Of a stretch of DNA of 64,000 nt, positions 23,287 through 36,272 are shown piece by piece. Source of the DNA: Botryllus schlosseri. Its lineage: Eukaryota. The notes beneath the pieces were generated by a model. It made no database searches, had not been told where the DNA came from, and saw only the letters and a program-made list of their open reading frames with translations. The first letter of the stretch is position 1. The number at the start of each line of letters is the position of its first letter. The position numbers were made by a program, and so were the translations under genes. The stretch is taken from positions 870,001 through 934,000 of the forward strand of contig CM119373.1 in assembly GCA_051294905.1 (NCBI GenBank). Reading direction: 5' to 3'.

Positions 23287-26200
23287 AGGCTGCTGCACAC
23301 TGGCTCTCGCGACACGACAAAACGAGAGAATCGCGCCTGTCTGTGACAAAACCATGCACACCGCGTCGCCAGACTACGCAACAAAGTGTCGGCGAGCGGG
23401 CTGCGAATCTCGCCGACAAAGTTGGATTTTTTCGCGAGTTGCGGGCTCAGTCGCCTTAAAAAATAAACACGCGCTTTTATTTCGACGGTGCTGTTGCAAT
23501 CTTTTCTAATCGTTCAACTTCCTAATTGAACATACCCGTGTAGCAGATGCGTGATTTATCTTGGGATTGACTCAGGGCGCAGTATGATATCCAACAAGCC
23601 CAGAAAAAGAATGATTCAACCTCAAGTTGATAACTTGAAGATGGATGAACGAAATCGAGATATATTTGATAATTAAATTACGATATGTTCACAATACAAG
23701 ATGAATAACAGAGAACATGACCGCTAGTCCGCCAATGCCACTGACAAGCTTGACATTGCGAAACTGCCGGTAGGCCAAGGAGAGTAGGCCTTTATATTAT
23801 AAAGATATCTGATTGATGGAGTATGTTCGGGGTATAATGGAGAATGTTAGGGGTATCAACGATTAGACACCTTCTTGTTTATATTCTTTGTATCTAGGGT
23901 ACTGTATATTGGGCATCTGCGTCTCGAGTTGAAATAATAAACTGACTTTTCGAATTTGAGAATATCTTAGTGGCATTATGATGTATTCCTTATCAAAATT
24001 CGGAGCATCAGCAAAATGCTCAGTACACATAGAAAACACATATGTGTAGGAAGTATCTTGATGTGTTCTTCAAAAGTAATAACCAAGAACCTATACTGTT
24101 ACGAAATCATTAAGCTGGCACAGAACAGATAGGCCTACGTTACGAGTGTACGACCCGATGTCCCAGTGTGCAGCAGAACGCAATTACCGCGATCATGAGC
24201 GCGACACGATCGGGGAATTGAGGCTGCTGCACATTGGCTTTGCGACACGACTAAAACAAGTAAAGGCCTCTGCACACTGAGCTCGCGACCCGATAAAACG
24301 ATAGAATCGCGCCTGTCTGCGACTGGACCATGCAGACCGGAGTCGCCGGCAACTCGCAACATGCCGTCTGCGACAGGGTTGCGCAACTCCGCGACAAAGT
24401 TGAAAATTTTCAACTTTGTCGCGAGTTGCGAGCGACTGGTCAGCAGTTACTGATCCTTAGTTCTATGTCACCGCAATAGTTTGTCCGGGTATTGCGTGTT
24501 TTGGCATCTTTAATTGTTTCCTCAATGAATTTAGACTGATTTGAGGCCATCTTTACTGCAAGAGCGCATTCTACTGTAAGCAGTACCGGTACTTGGTAAT
24601 TACCAAAGGCCAACCAGCTCCAGCAGTACCGATACCGCGAAACTCTCAGTCATTGTATGTCTACAGGTGGATTTATTATATATATACCTTGTCTGGTTCA
24701 TTTTAACCTGTACACTGTACAGTGTACAATGTACATTGGTTGGAAACTGGGTTAAGCAGGCACATATAATCGTGGTATGTCATGGGTTCACTGATGTATA
24801 TTTCAGATACCGGTACATCTCAGAACACGACGTCTGAAAATCTTTTTGATGACTAGGTAGCAGCAGTGTAACTCTTGATGTTAGATTTCGTCTATTCTCC
24901 TCTTTATGAGACTTCGGTACGAATTGTAGTGGCTAATATTATAAGTCAGAAATGGACTACGCATCATTATGGAGAATGAATCAACCAGGCCTACGGATCA
25001 GTTTCCATGCTTGATACCTGAGGGCGAATCGAAGATTGAAAAGGAAATAATCCCAGAGTTATATTTGAATATTGTTAAGACTCAATTCATTTACAATGAA
25101 ATTATAATGCATTTGAATGTTGTTCTCTATCATATCGAGAAATTAATGTATGAGTGCTTGACAGTTGATGCAGTCACTGAGGCAGTGGAATACAGAAAGG
25201 CTTGATGTTTGTAGCATAATAGGCTACAGCTAGAGCTCCAGAAATTTGGATCGGCAACCGGAAATAGCGCCTTTAACTGGGTCACCCAGATTATGCGTTA
25301 TCAGCATTGAAATATGATATTGGTTCGTTAATAGAAAAGTGTGTGCATATAAGACGTCATCTTATTCATTGACAAACCCATGTATACCCATCGAAATATT
25401 CATTTTGCGATCTATCGGGAGCTGTGCAATGTGTATCCATTGCGAGACTTCGGACAGAACGCGCAAGAGCTGTAGTTGCCGCTTGCGGGCACTGCCGGGA
25501 CCAGTGTGCATTGCTTCGCGACTTACGACTCGCAACTCGCGATGTTGCGTCGCGAGGTCAGTGTGCAGAGGCCTTAATTCCCCGATCGAGTCGCGTTCAC
25601 GATCGCGGTAGTTGCGTTTTGCTGCACACTGGGACACCGAGTCGTAACGTGGGCCTATCTGTTCTGTACCAGCTTAATGATTTCGTAACAGTATAGGTTA
25701 TTGGTTGGTACTATTGAAGAACACATCAAGATACTTCCTACACATATGTGTTTTCTATGTGTACTGACAGCATTTTGCCGATGCTCCGAATTTTGATAAG
25801 GGATGCACCATAATGCCACTAAGACTAAGATATTCTCAAATTCGAAAACTGAGTTTATTATTTCAACTCAAGACGCAGATGCACAATATACAGTACCTAA
25901 GATACAAAGAATATAAACAAGAAAGTGTCTAATCGTTAAAACGCCCTGGCATAGTCCATCAATCAGATATCTTTATAATATATAGGCCGACTCTACTTGG
26001 CCTACCGGTACTTTCGTAACGTCAAGCATGTCAGTGGCATTGGCGGGCTAGCGGTCATGTTCTCTGTTATTCATCTTGTATTGTGAACATATAGTAATTT
26101 ATTTATCAAATATATCTTAATTTCGTTCATCCATCTTCAAGTTATCAACTTGAGGTTGAATCTTTCTTTTTCTGGGCTTGTTGGATATCATACAGCGCCC

Positions 26201-26497
26201 TGAGTCAATCCCAAGATAAATTACGCATCTGATACACGAGAATGTTAAATTAGGAAGCTGAACGATTAGAAAAGATTGCAACAGCACCGCCGAAATAAGA
26301 CCGCGTGCTTATTTTCTACTGCTACTGAGCCCGCAACTCGCGACAAAGTTGGAATTTGGAATTTTTCAACTTTGTCGGCGAGTTGCGCAGCCCGCTTTAT
26401 TGCGTAGTCTGGCGACGCGGTGTATGTACATGGTTTTGTCACAGACAGGCGCGATTCTCTTGTTTTGTCGTGTCGCGAGAGCCAGTGTGCAGCAGGC
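23287..26497. mobile_element. Composite inverted structure built from Harbinger-type MITEs
   Basis: ~0.9-kb inverted arms at 23287-24219 and 25577-26497, with outer ends ctgctgcacactggctctcgcgacacgac and its complement. Confidence 0.88.
24264..25574. mobile_element. Inner Harbinger-type non-autonomous element
   Basis: TIR aggcctctgcacactga/tcagtgtgcagaggcct with TAA on both sides. Confidence 0.85.
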
Positions 26498-26999
26498 AGT
26501 CCGGTAGCGGTAAGAACAGCCTATCTGAAAAGGCTTGATTACAAATGATTACTAAAATCAGGATTAACCAATGAAATGAGCAAGCGCAAACACTCCCCCA
26601 TTTGACTGATCCCAGTCAACAGAATTATCAATGTAATACACGAACGATCACTCAAATCATCGCCTCATCTCATAGGCAAAGTGAGATTGTACAATGACCA
26701 ACATACAAGGAGCTGCTGAACCTCCGATCCAAAATACATTCTATATATCACCCTAAATAGTAGAAAGGCGTTCACCAGCTCTACAGGCGACGAGAATGGA
26801 TCATTTTTTGAATGGTAGGGTGGCGTTCGACATCTCTACACAACTCTTCAACACTCGCCACTAATTGTACACAACTCTTCAACACTCGCCAATAATTGTG
26901 TGTTATTGGTCGTGTCTATTCAAATTATCATATAGTTTCTGTTCGTTTGAATAATATATTTATCATGAATAATATATTTATCCTTAATTAAACATTACT

Positions 27000-27945
27000 T
27001 TTTCAAATAGAATTTTGGTTGGAAATACTAGCAGCGATATTGTTTATGGCCGCCAAAGCCGACTGCATTAAGGCATCGAGATTGGCAATTTGCTCCATAT
27101 GCCTCTCCTCGAATCTCAATTTGCTCCATATGCCTCTCCTCGGACTACATCAAGAACTGGAGCTGCTGGTCACTCATTTCCTTCAGAGATTTTATTATAC
27201 TATATTTGTCTGATTGCTGGTCATCCGCTTCCGTTCTTCTTAGTCGTTCCTCGAAGTCCCTTTATTTAAAAAAAACGGAATAAGAGTGCGATGCATAGTA
27301 CATTGATTTATTTTTATACCATTTATGACCCGTTGCAGAGTCTGACATGCTGGGATATCAGCAACGGGGGATGACGTTCCTGACGCCTCCATAGCGATTG
27401 TTTCACTTGATGTGTCACAGTCCACCGTGACCAGAAACGTGATATCTTCGTCTCGTCGTTAACTGCAGTCGGCTGTGCAACACGCGAACTCTCAAATCCG
27501 GCGTTTACACTTACTGACTAACGAAGTAGAATATATTTGATGACTTAGAGCTCGCCTAATGGCATTTACTAGTCACCACGAATCATGTGGACATATATAC
27601 TTACTCTACACCTTGGACGGCTTCTCGTCATTTCGTGCATATTATTGAAATATGGCCACGAGAGTCCCTTTGAAAAATTGCTCGATGTATCCAGGTCTGT
27701 CAGTATTTTATTATGCGTGTCTTTCAAAGCACGCCACTTTCTTCAGAGTTGTTCGCTAAAATATTGACAATGCATGTACTACCGGTATGTATAAGCACTC
27801 ATGCAGCAAGATTATTCGACTTAACATCGTAAAATCATGGCCATTCGCTCTCGCAAAAAGCGAAACATGTCGGCGTTCCTGTTCTTGGTGCTATCACTTT
27901 CATCGATCAACTTCCTCTCCTTTGCAATAACCAATAAATCAATAA
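27000..27945 (-). pseudogene. Harbinger Myb/SANT (trihelix) partner gene, 5'-truncated
   Basis: Reverse strand reads LLVIAKERKLIDESDSTKNRNADMF and RKWRALKDTHNKI...LSWPYFNNMHEMTRSRPR, similar to the gene at 38020-38828. Confidence 0.75.
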
Positions 27946-28446
27946 TAGGCCATTTGCAGGACTTCGATCACGTGACTAGATACGCATAGCAACCACAAAT
28001 TGGTTAGCAAGCTACTTTCTCGCGCACCTGCTTCAGTGCTAAATATCGCATACTGCACTGTTGATTTCTAGTTGTAAACGTTCCAGAAATTTGTTGTGGA
28101 AGTAATCAGAGATTCACCTATGCTAGACGTCAGTCCTGTACAAAGCATTTCGAGTGGCATCGTCAGAATTACGCGGAAATCCCTCGGTAGCGTAGTCGTA
28201 TTACGGTACTCAACTCTGATCATATGTACTTAAATTCTGGCATTTGAAGTAGAGCGATTGGTTTATGTTTTGGTAAGAGTATTTGTTAGTTCAAGTAGTA
28301 CTATATGTCTGTTGTTGAGCCTGATTTTGGATGGAAGATAAGACTGAAGCAGCTGAGACCCGCAAGGATCACAATATACTGTGGGCTCTGCTGTCGTGCT
28401 GACATAAAGACTAAACAAAGTAGTGCACTATATTGTTGCCTTATAC

Positions 28447-30044
28447 CAGGGGTCGGCAACCTTTTGCTAGTCGCGGGCCAAATTTCGGGTGTACAACCTT
28501 TTGACGGGCCGGATTTTTTCTTAGTACTATATTTTACGCTCACTTCGGTGTATTATCCTACATTGCTGCAATCTCAATCATACCAATCCGAAGACACATG
28601 TATTTACACATCAACGACACAGAATAATTGTGACAATTGACTCAGCTTGCTTTGTGAAAGGTTTTCAACTTCTGGTAACAAGTCAGATGAAACAAGAATC
28701 AGACCCTATTCAAAATGGACGTCCGAAATACGTGATCTTAGCTTGCTCTTCGTGAATTTCATTGTTCAAAACTATTGTTCACATGTGTACGTGCTTCCAA
28801 AAATCGATGCAATTTCTTTTGCATTGCTGGTCAAGCTGGGATAAAGACCAATTTCAAGAACGTACTCTTTGTCAAAGTCATGGAGCTATATGCTCTTTGT
28901 ATGAAATTTGTCATTCAATTCAACTGCATCGCATTTCAGAAAGGCCCATTTGAAATTTTCAGGCAATGGTATTGGCGTCCACATTAAACAGAGTACTGAA
29001 TAGTCAGAATTCATTTTGTAGAGAAGGAATGTCGGAAAAGAGGGTGAATATTCAGTAGTTAAATTTCGTATCACCGAGGCCTATGAATATCGTAGGCCCC
29101 GGTATCACAGTTACAAATGTAGTGTTGGTACTAGGTTCTCTCCTCCAGTATAGGAAAGTGAGCATAATTTTCTTTGTACTGTTGACATTTCCAGAGTCAC
29201 AGATTTGTTTTGAATGCGCCTCGACATCTCATGTATGTAGTTGTTTTCCCCCTGAAGTTGCAAGTTCAATTTGTTCAGATGTGACGTTAAATGTACCAGG
29301 AAAGCAAGATGAGATACCCATTTTCGATTACAAGATTATGAATCGGCGATATTTGTATTTTCGAGGAAAGTTGCTATTTCATTTCTCAGTTCATACACTC
29401 GTGTAAGCATAGCTGCTCGACTCAATGAGCGAACATGACAGATATAGGCCTACATGACATCGCCATATTGATTCTCTGCTTCTAGTAATATCTGGCGTAA
29501 CTGATTCAGTTGATGAGACAAAAATCATATTAACAGTTTTCACCATTGTGGCCAAAACACTATTCAGGTTTTTTGTCTTGGCACACAATGCCTTCTGGAA
29601 AATCAAACTATAGACAGGCTAACTAACATACGGAGGCTAGTTATCTATAATTGAATAGTTTGAAATTCCGTCATTGCGTCTGAGACGCTCCAAGCGTTTT
29701 TTGAAGCAAAGGAAGAACACGTTTATTGTCACACCCCGTTAGAGTGATTAACCCTTTAAAAAAGCATGGAACACCTTCGGTTGCGAGATACACCCGATTG
29801 ATAAGCACTGATCCAGTCTAGTCTATTTCCATCTCCTACTTCAACCACGTTCGTGTTATGGCGTAACAATAGACTAATACGATGTAGGCTACTATTATAT
29901 CGTAAAAATGCCGCATTTTTTTCATGCAGCGCTGCACTGCAGATTGAAACTCTTTATGAAGCGGCGGGCCGTATTCTTGTGATAACTAATTATTGTCGCG
30001 GGCCGGACGATTTCGCTTGGCGGGCCGTAGGTTGCCGACCCTTG
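28447..30044 (-). mobile_element. Deleted hAT (Charlie/Buster-like) element
   Basis: TIR caggggtcggcaacct/aggttgccgacccttg; TSD ccttatac at 28439-28446 and 30045-30052; remnant KALCAKTKNLNSVLATMVKTVNMI. Confidence 0.92.
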
Positions 30045-30499
30045 CCTTATACAATGCTGCTTTTATTAGCACTACTTGATTGACTGCGTGATATTTAATG
30101 CAGCACTGCATAGCCTACTATAGCCTGCTATAGTTGTATTGTATAGGGGTAGTTGGTAATCATTGCAGTATTTTGATGATTGATATCGTTTGCAATATAT
30201 ATAGGATACCGCTATTTTCAAGCCTGAAAAGACAAAGACTGCCAGTACGTTGATGTGTTAGGAATTCATGCAACATGCTACATACAATATATATATATAT
30301 TAAACATCCCATGCTATTGTATGGCTTCTCAGTAAAAAAATCAATATACTTAGACCTCTATACCTATATTACAAGTTATTGACCATTCTGTCATGCTACT
30401 ATATTACAAGTTATTGACCATTCTGTCATGCTACCAAGTGCCGTTACCCGAAGAAAAATGAACCTCAGCCCCAACTGATGATGCAACAAACTGTATGGA

Positions 30500-30710
30500 T
30501 TACTTGATTGATTGCCTGGATTGGAATACTTTACTGTTTGGCACATTGCAAATATCTTGAGTTTCAAGACATGGCTTTACCACATGTATACGAATTAACG
30601 ATCTGATGGATTATCCCAAGAGAGCCGAACATAGTCAACTAAGAAATTGATGATGCCTGGATCCTGGATCCAGCCTGGAGCCAATTATGATCACCACATA
30701 AAATTTGGTC
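30500..30710 (+). pseudogene. Possible ISL2EU transposase remnant
   Basis: FKTWLYHMY and, after a 1-nt shift, WSNYDHHIKF recall the ISL2EU motifs FxTW and WSxYKxHxTxK. Confidence 0.4.
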
Positions 30711-30739
30711 ATGCGGTAAAAAGCAGTGTGGTTTCATGC

Positions 30740-30963
30740 CGACAGAAATGTCAGCAGATGATCTGACCACTGACTAACTGTCCTGAACTTCTTTCCCGAT
30801 GCTGATGTCGGCTTTGAAAATAATATTTCATTTGCGTACAGCAAGATAAGCGCTCTTCCGTAGATGCTATGAATCTGCCTAGACAAGTGGCTATGGAGGC
30901 AGAGGAAAATACATGGGCATAACAGTCTCGGCAGTTATTGAACTTGATAAGGTTAACATCCAT
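30740..30963 (-). pseudogene. Possible YqaJ/lambda-exonuclease remnant (ISL2EU second gene)
   Basis: KYYFQ...SGQLVSGQIIC*HF resembles YYxQxQGQLxxxGxxxCDF and is convergent with the putative transposase. Confidence 0.35.
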
Positions 30964-31154
30964 TTTTCTTCAACTATTTCTTATGCTCTGGGTATCGAAT
31001 GCACAAAAATTAATAAATCGATCTTCTTTGCAAGTTTATTTGTAAATTCAATGAATCAAAGAATATCATAAGTTCATAATATTACGGAGTCAATGCGAAA
31101 GAAACAATGTTAGTCGTCTTTAGAGGAGATTTCTGAGTTGGTTGAGCCAATACA

Positions 31155-31670
31155 CAGAGGGGGTCAGCAACGAAGTACTATTTTACCTGAGTACTAGCTT
31201 CATTATGAGTTTAGGCTACTTCCACTTCTACTTGACACTTTTTAGGTAGTACTTTTTTGTCAGGTTTGGGATTTTGTCAACTAGAAAGTAGCTTTGGCGC
31301 ATGATTGCATCCCCTTCAAGCGTGAGGTTGTCATAACAACTGGGCAAAATAGCCCCAGTACCACGGTAACTAAATTAATTTTTGAAAATTGTACTTATTT
31401 GTGGTGTCATCACCCTTTTGCGTTGATCAAGAAGATGCAACATGCAATGTTTACAGTTGTCACATGGCATCAATTTCTAAAACTAAGTGACCCTCAACCA
31501 AATCTAATTCATGTAACGAATTTCTTGACCGCTTTTCAGAAATTCATTTCTACTTCCACTTGAAGTACTTTGGACATGTCCTGGAAGTAATTAGTGCTAC
31601 TTGTACTGGAGTATAAATTAAGGCATTACTTCTACTCAGTTCCCAACAATGACCACGTTGACCACGTCTG
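31155..31670 (+). repeat. AAGTA/TACTT-rich non-autonomous element, longest copy
   Basis: Imperfect ends cagagggggtca/tgaccacgtctg; near-identical to 39607-39997; no TSD seen. Confidence 0.7.
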
Positions 31671-32411
31671 GGTATAGGATGACCGATCTTGTCACTGCGT
31701 TTGAGCTGCTCTAAGAGTTATATGATAGTTACTTCCCTTAGTTCGCTAAATATCGCACATATGTGACATCAACTATTTATCAAAATCGAGTGTGATTTGC
31801 CAAATCCACTTCAATCGCAGTTGCGAAGTAGTGGTAATAAAATTGGCATTGTATAAGGCAACAATAAAGTGCACTGATTTGCTTAGTCTTGACGGCAGGT
31901 TCTCCCAAAAGATACTTCCGATGTGTTCAGCGACATTTGTTTTATAGCAGCACGCCAGCACCCAAACCAGCAGACAGTATATCCTGATCCTTGTGGGTCC
32001 CGGCTGCTTCAGCCATATCTTCCATCCAAAATCAGGCTCCACAACAGACAAATAGTACTGCTTGAACTAACAAATACTCTTACAAGAATATAAGCCAATT
32101 GCTTTACTTCAAATGCATAAATTTAAGTACATATGATCAGAGTTGAGTACCGTAATACGACTACGTTACCGATGGATTTCTGCGTAATTCTGACGATATC
32201 ATTCTAAATGCTTTGTACATGATTGACATCTAGCATAGGTGAATCTCTGATGACTTCTACAACAAATTTCCGAAACGTTTACAACCAGAAATCAACAGTA
32301 CACTATGCGATATTTAGCACTGAAGCAGGTGCGCGAGAAAGTAGCTTGCTAACCAATTTGTTGTTGCTATGCGTATCTAGTCACGTGATCGAAGTCCTGC
32401 AAAAGGCCTAT

Positions 32412-34423
32412 TGAATTCAACGCCTCGTTCCAAAGTACCAAAAGAGATAAAAAAAACAACTGAAAAACCAGTGGCATAATATTAAGCAACGTACGAAAAG
32501 TAAATACACAAAAAGACGGCATTACCAAGCTCTAACTGGAGGCGGCAGACCGGCATCTCCAGAGGAGCCATTGGCAGAGAAGACCTATGGTACAGCAGTA
32601 ATTATAAATTTAATAGATTCTTATGAATTTTGGTTAACGATTTTGCAGGGATAATTCAGGCTCAAATTGAACCAAATGATAACCCCTTCGACGATGACGC
32701 CATTTTGGACCAGTCATACAATTCTAACCTATCGGTTCAGAGTACTGATAGTAAGTAGTCCGAAAATCACGCCAATTTCTATATGCGCGCAAGCCTATAT
32801 ATATCGTTTTCAGAATTCTCCCCGATTCAGACGTCAAAATATGCCTTACCAACACAAGGTAATCATCGCATTTCTATGATACGTTTCCAATTCTAACTAT
32901 TTCTTCATTTATTAGATACTAAAGTCGTCGCGACATCTTCGATTGCGGGTATGATATTCGTCAAATTGTTTATTTTCAAATCAAATCAAGAAACTGTAAA
33001 AAAACGCATGGACATTGAAGTAATTCTAGGTTGTTGAATTTAGCTAAAATGCTGTTCCACCAATAGCTGACGAAGGGCTCTGCCGGCAGTAGTGCTTCCA
33101 CCTGACACAAATCCGGCAATGTCATTCTCGTCTTGCTGATGCGGCACTGATATTGGCGTGTTCACTGTCACATTGTGTAGACATGCTGCCGCGACAATTA
33201 TTACCAGCGTATTATCGAGTCGCGTACGCATTGGTTTCGACAAGCAAAAGAAACGTTGTTTAAGTACACCGAACGCTCGTTCGATCTTTATCCGGTTTCC
33301 GATTAATGCGTGGTTATACCTCGCATCAGCCTGATTTGATGGGTTTATTATTGGTGTCATCAAGTTTGGGAGGCAAGGGTAACCACTGTCACCAAGTAAC
33401 AACCCATCAGTTGTTTCCATTGATGCACACAGGGTCGAAGAGTAAATTCTTGAATCGTGTGTTGATCCCGGCCACCGACACACGATGTGAGTGAATCTCA
33501 TATTAAAATCACAACCGAGCTGTACATTTATTGAGAAAAATACCTTTCTATTGCGGTATACCTCTGCATTATCCCCGCCTGGAGATAGTATCTTCACATG
33601 GGTCCCATCAACAAGTCCGATAACTCCTGGGAATCCATGTTCATTATAAAACTTTATTTTTTGGCCCATTAAGCTACTTGGATCCGTTTGAAACTTCATG
33701 AAATGTGCCTTCCTTTTTGCAATCGCCCGTGCCACATTATGGACGATGCGACATGTTGTTGCTTGATGCATATTCATCAAGTCCCCGTCTGTGGTTTGAA
33801 AATTTCCCATGGCGAAAAATCGCGAAGCCGTGAGCACTCGAATATGCATCGGGAACGGGTTGTTTCTGTTGCTTGAAAAAGCAATATCATTTTTTATCAT
33901 ATTTATCAGATCGATTACTTGAAGTTTTGAAAGCCGAAATCGAAATCTTCCAACAAATTTGTCACAATTCCATTTCCTAAATGGGTCGTCGTTGTCTTGC
34001 AATTGGGCATGAATTTCCAAATTCTGCAGCCGCTCCAGATATACAAGATAAGCATCCATGTGACTTATTCTAACTGAAAATTGCTGTGCAATATAGAACG
34101 ATGTGACATGTTAGCATAAAACTTGGGTTTCGGTCATTTGTTTACAACTGCTTCGACTATGATACAAAGTATGAATGCCATTTTAGCGAATTTATTTAGG
34201 GGGATTAATCGAAATTTGTGTTATACTCATCAAATGCATCTCATTTTAAAAATCAGATAAATCGAGGGGTGAGATGCTGCTCCAGATGGCATGTAAAGAG
34301 CATAGAGCCAGGATCGACTATTTACAGGAGAAAATTCGATGCGCGAAGCGAAAACTAGCGCTTGAGAAAGAAGTTCTGAAAAAACAGAGCCGTCTGTTAG
34401 AAATACAGATAGAGCAGAGGTAA
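32412..34423 (+). pseudogene. Spliced Harbinger Myb/SANT partner gene, 5' end lost
   Basis: Exons ~32412-32589, 32649-32750, 32814-32858, 32916-32948 and 34257-34423, separated by four phase-1 GT-AG introns that splice in frame. Peptides EFNA...RDKKQLKNQWHNIK...TGGG and IEPNDNPFDDDA, then a coiled-coil tail. A poly-A slip lies at ~32449. Confidence 0.82.
33040..34059 (-). CDS. Intact intronless Harbinger/HARBI1-like DDE transposase (339 aa)
   Basis: Uninterrupted ORF with FRLSK, GFPGVIGLVDGTH, YRNRK..SINVQ, WPGSTHDS, LLGDSGY, IERAFGVLKQRF and CLHN. Confidence 0.95.
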   Translation of the reverse strand: MDAYLVYLERLQNLEIHAQLQDNDDPFRKWNCDKFVGRFRFRLSKLQVIDLINMIKNDIAFSSNRNNPFPMHIRVLTASRFFAMGNFQTTDGDLMNMHQATTCRIVHNVARAIAKRKAHFMKFQTDPSSLMGQKIKFYNEHGFPGVIGLVDGTHVKILSPGGDNAEVYRNRKVFFSINVQLGCDFNMRFTHIVCRWPGSTHDSRIYSSTLCASMETTDGLLLGDSGYPCLPNLMTPIINPSNQADARYNHALIGNRIKIERAFGVLKQRFFCLSKPMRTRLDNTLVIIVAAACLHNVTVNTPISVPHQQDENDIAGFVSGGSTTAGRALRQLLVEQHFS

Positions 34424-34689
34424 TGGAACGGATAGTGTACCGCGAGTCGTCTTACTATTACTCGTTTCTTTTCAAGGTTGAAGAATCATTCATCCAACTG
34501 AGAAGCTGGAGTCCAGCAAAGCATAAACTTTTGCGGTTTTGTTTTTAATATAGCAGCCAACAGCCTGTGTGTCGTACTCATGCTAGCCATTGTTTTTAAC
34601 CTTCGTAACAATCAGAAATTAGACAAGAGTTTTGATGCAGGGCTAGAATTGAGCAGATGAACTTTCGGAGCGAGGTCATTTGAACATTT

Positions 34690-34791
34690 CATACGCGACA
34701 ATGGTGCAAAGCGATCAACAATGATCTTGATCATTGATCACGGTAACGCAGGTCACGATCAACTCTGGGCTGACAATGGTGCATAAGGCCC
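34690..34791. mobile_element. Probable right terminus of the 32.4-34.8 kb Harbinger
   Basis: gacaatggtgcataaggccc followed by TAA; gacaatggtgca is repeated subterminally. Confidence 0.6.
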
Positions 34792-35876
34792 TAAATTCAG
34801 TCATTGTCTTGGGGAGCATGTTGAAAAATAAATATGTTAGATGAGGTGCTACCATCTGCTTTTTCATGGCATCATTCTTACTTGTTTCGTTCAAGTTGAT
34901 CGTTAATGTCCGGCACAGTAGCAGTTGCTCAGCTAGATATTGTGATTTGGCTGGTTCTTTTGTCGATAATATTTTATATGTTCTTGGAACATACTATGGC
35001 AAGTTTGTTGTGTAGTGACTAATTGTCTTGTATATGTACATTAGGTTGTATAAATTTTACTGGCTAAAAATGCTACTGGTTCAATTCCAACCGGTGTAGG
35101 CGAGTTCATTGAAGTAGAAAATTTGGGATAGAAAAATAATGTTGATAATATTGAAATGAGCCCGAATATTTTCGGATGACATATTTTCGGCTGTCATATT
35201 TTGTGATACGATTGTTGATATACAATGTTCGGGCTCATTTCTATATGAATATACTTTTCAATTGTATATTGAAGTTCTTACCTCCAAGAAGCTCTTCAAA
35301 ATAGTGTTGTAGCTCTATAATTAATAATGAAAGTATTTCCCACAGTAGGCTAAATACCATATTTTTCACGCTTCCATTGATTGGAATTGAATCAAATTTG
35401 TAATGCACCATTTTTTTACTAAACTTGGTTATTTCACAGCGACGGGCAGCCGGTATGATTTGAAAAAATGTATATACTTTTAGTATATTGAAAATTTTCT
35501 AGCTGTAATAACTTCGCTTCTACCGGCTGGAATTGAATCGAATTTGATGTGTAGCATTTTTTCAAACCGACCTAACAATTTTATTAACTAGCCAGTCAAA
35601 TTTTTAGAAAAGGCTATTATGAACAACCCTGATGTACATGCTCATTACTCATGCTGTGATGATTGAGGTATATTGATCGCCATCTTGCTAGTTTAGTTAT
35701 TTACTGCTAAAATGTGAAATGAAAATTGCTTTGTTATGTAGGCCCACTGTAGTGTTGAGTGTACGCAAACTGTGGAATTACCGTATACATCTTGTAACAG
35801 ACCCGAGGGATATTTATGAGAGCATGATTATTATCTGCTGTTTTATTTTCAGATATAGAATTAGATTTTATATTTC

Positions 35877-36053
35877 AAAAATATTTTTGGATCAGGATGG
35901 ATTTGGACTGAAAATTTGGAAAATATTTTTGGATCAGGATGGAGTTGGACTGTAAATATGGAAAATATTTTTGGATCAGGATGGAGTAGGACTGAATTGA
36001 AAATTTCCAGGATCGGACTTGGACCGAAAAATATCACAGTCCGCTCATCACTG
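35877..36053. mobile_element. hAT-like end with tandem subterminal repeats
   Basis: Three aaaatatttttggatcaggatgga..ggactg units ending cagtccgctcatcactg. The partner end was not found. Confidence 0.6.
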
Positions 36054-36272
36054 CAGCTTACCCGACAGCGTCGTCGTTTTACATGTCACAGGAATAACCC
36101 GACACTTGTCCACATTTGGCGCAATTGCACACGTTCCCTAGTAACGGGACGCCAAATTTGTTAACCCTGTATAAGTACGGTACAGTGTACATGCGACTGT
36201 TGTTTGTCATAACTAACTCTAATTCTAGTGAAAGAAATAATACATAATATTAAATAACGGAGTTATTTTTAG

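Larger units (their letters stand above)
27947..32409. mobile_element. ISL2EU-like (PIF/Harbinger-related) element with ~450-bp TIRs
   Basis: aggccatttgcaggacttcgatcacgtgactag and ctagtcacgtgatcgaagtcctgcaaaaggcct, with AT on both sides. Arms are ~27947-28410 and ~31945-32409. Confidence 0.8.

Noticed and set aside
27837..27946. Plus-strand frame (MAIRSRKKR...) as the missing start of the 32.4-kb Myb gene
   Set aside because: It lacks the conserved Trp, and the minus strand of the same bases reads as a clear trihelix domain of another gene.
33040..34059. Domesticated host HARBI1 gene
   Set aside because: It sits with a Myb partner and a TIR-like end in a transposon nest, so no gene symbol was assigned.
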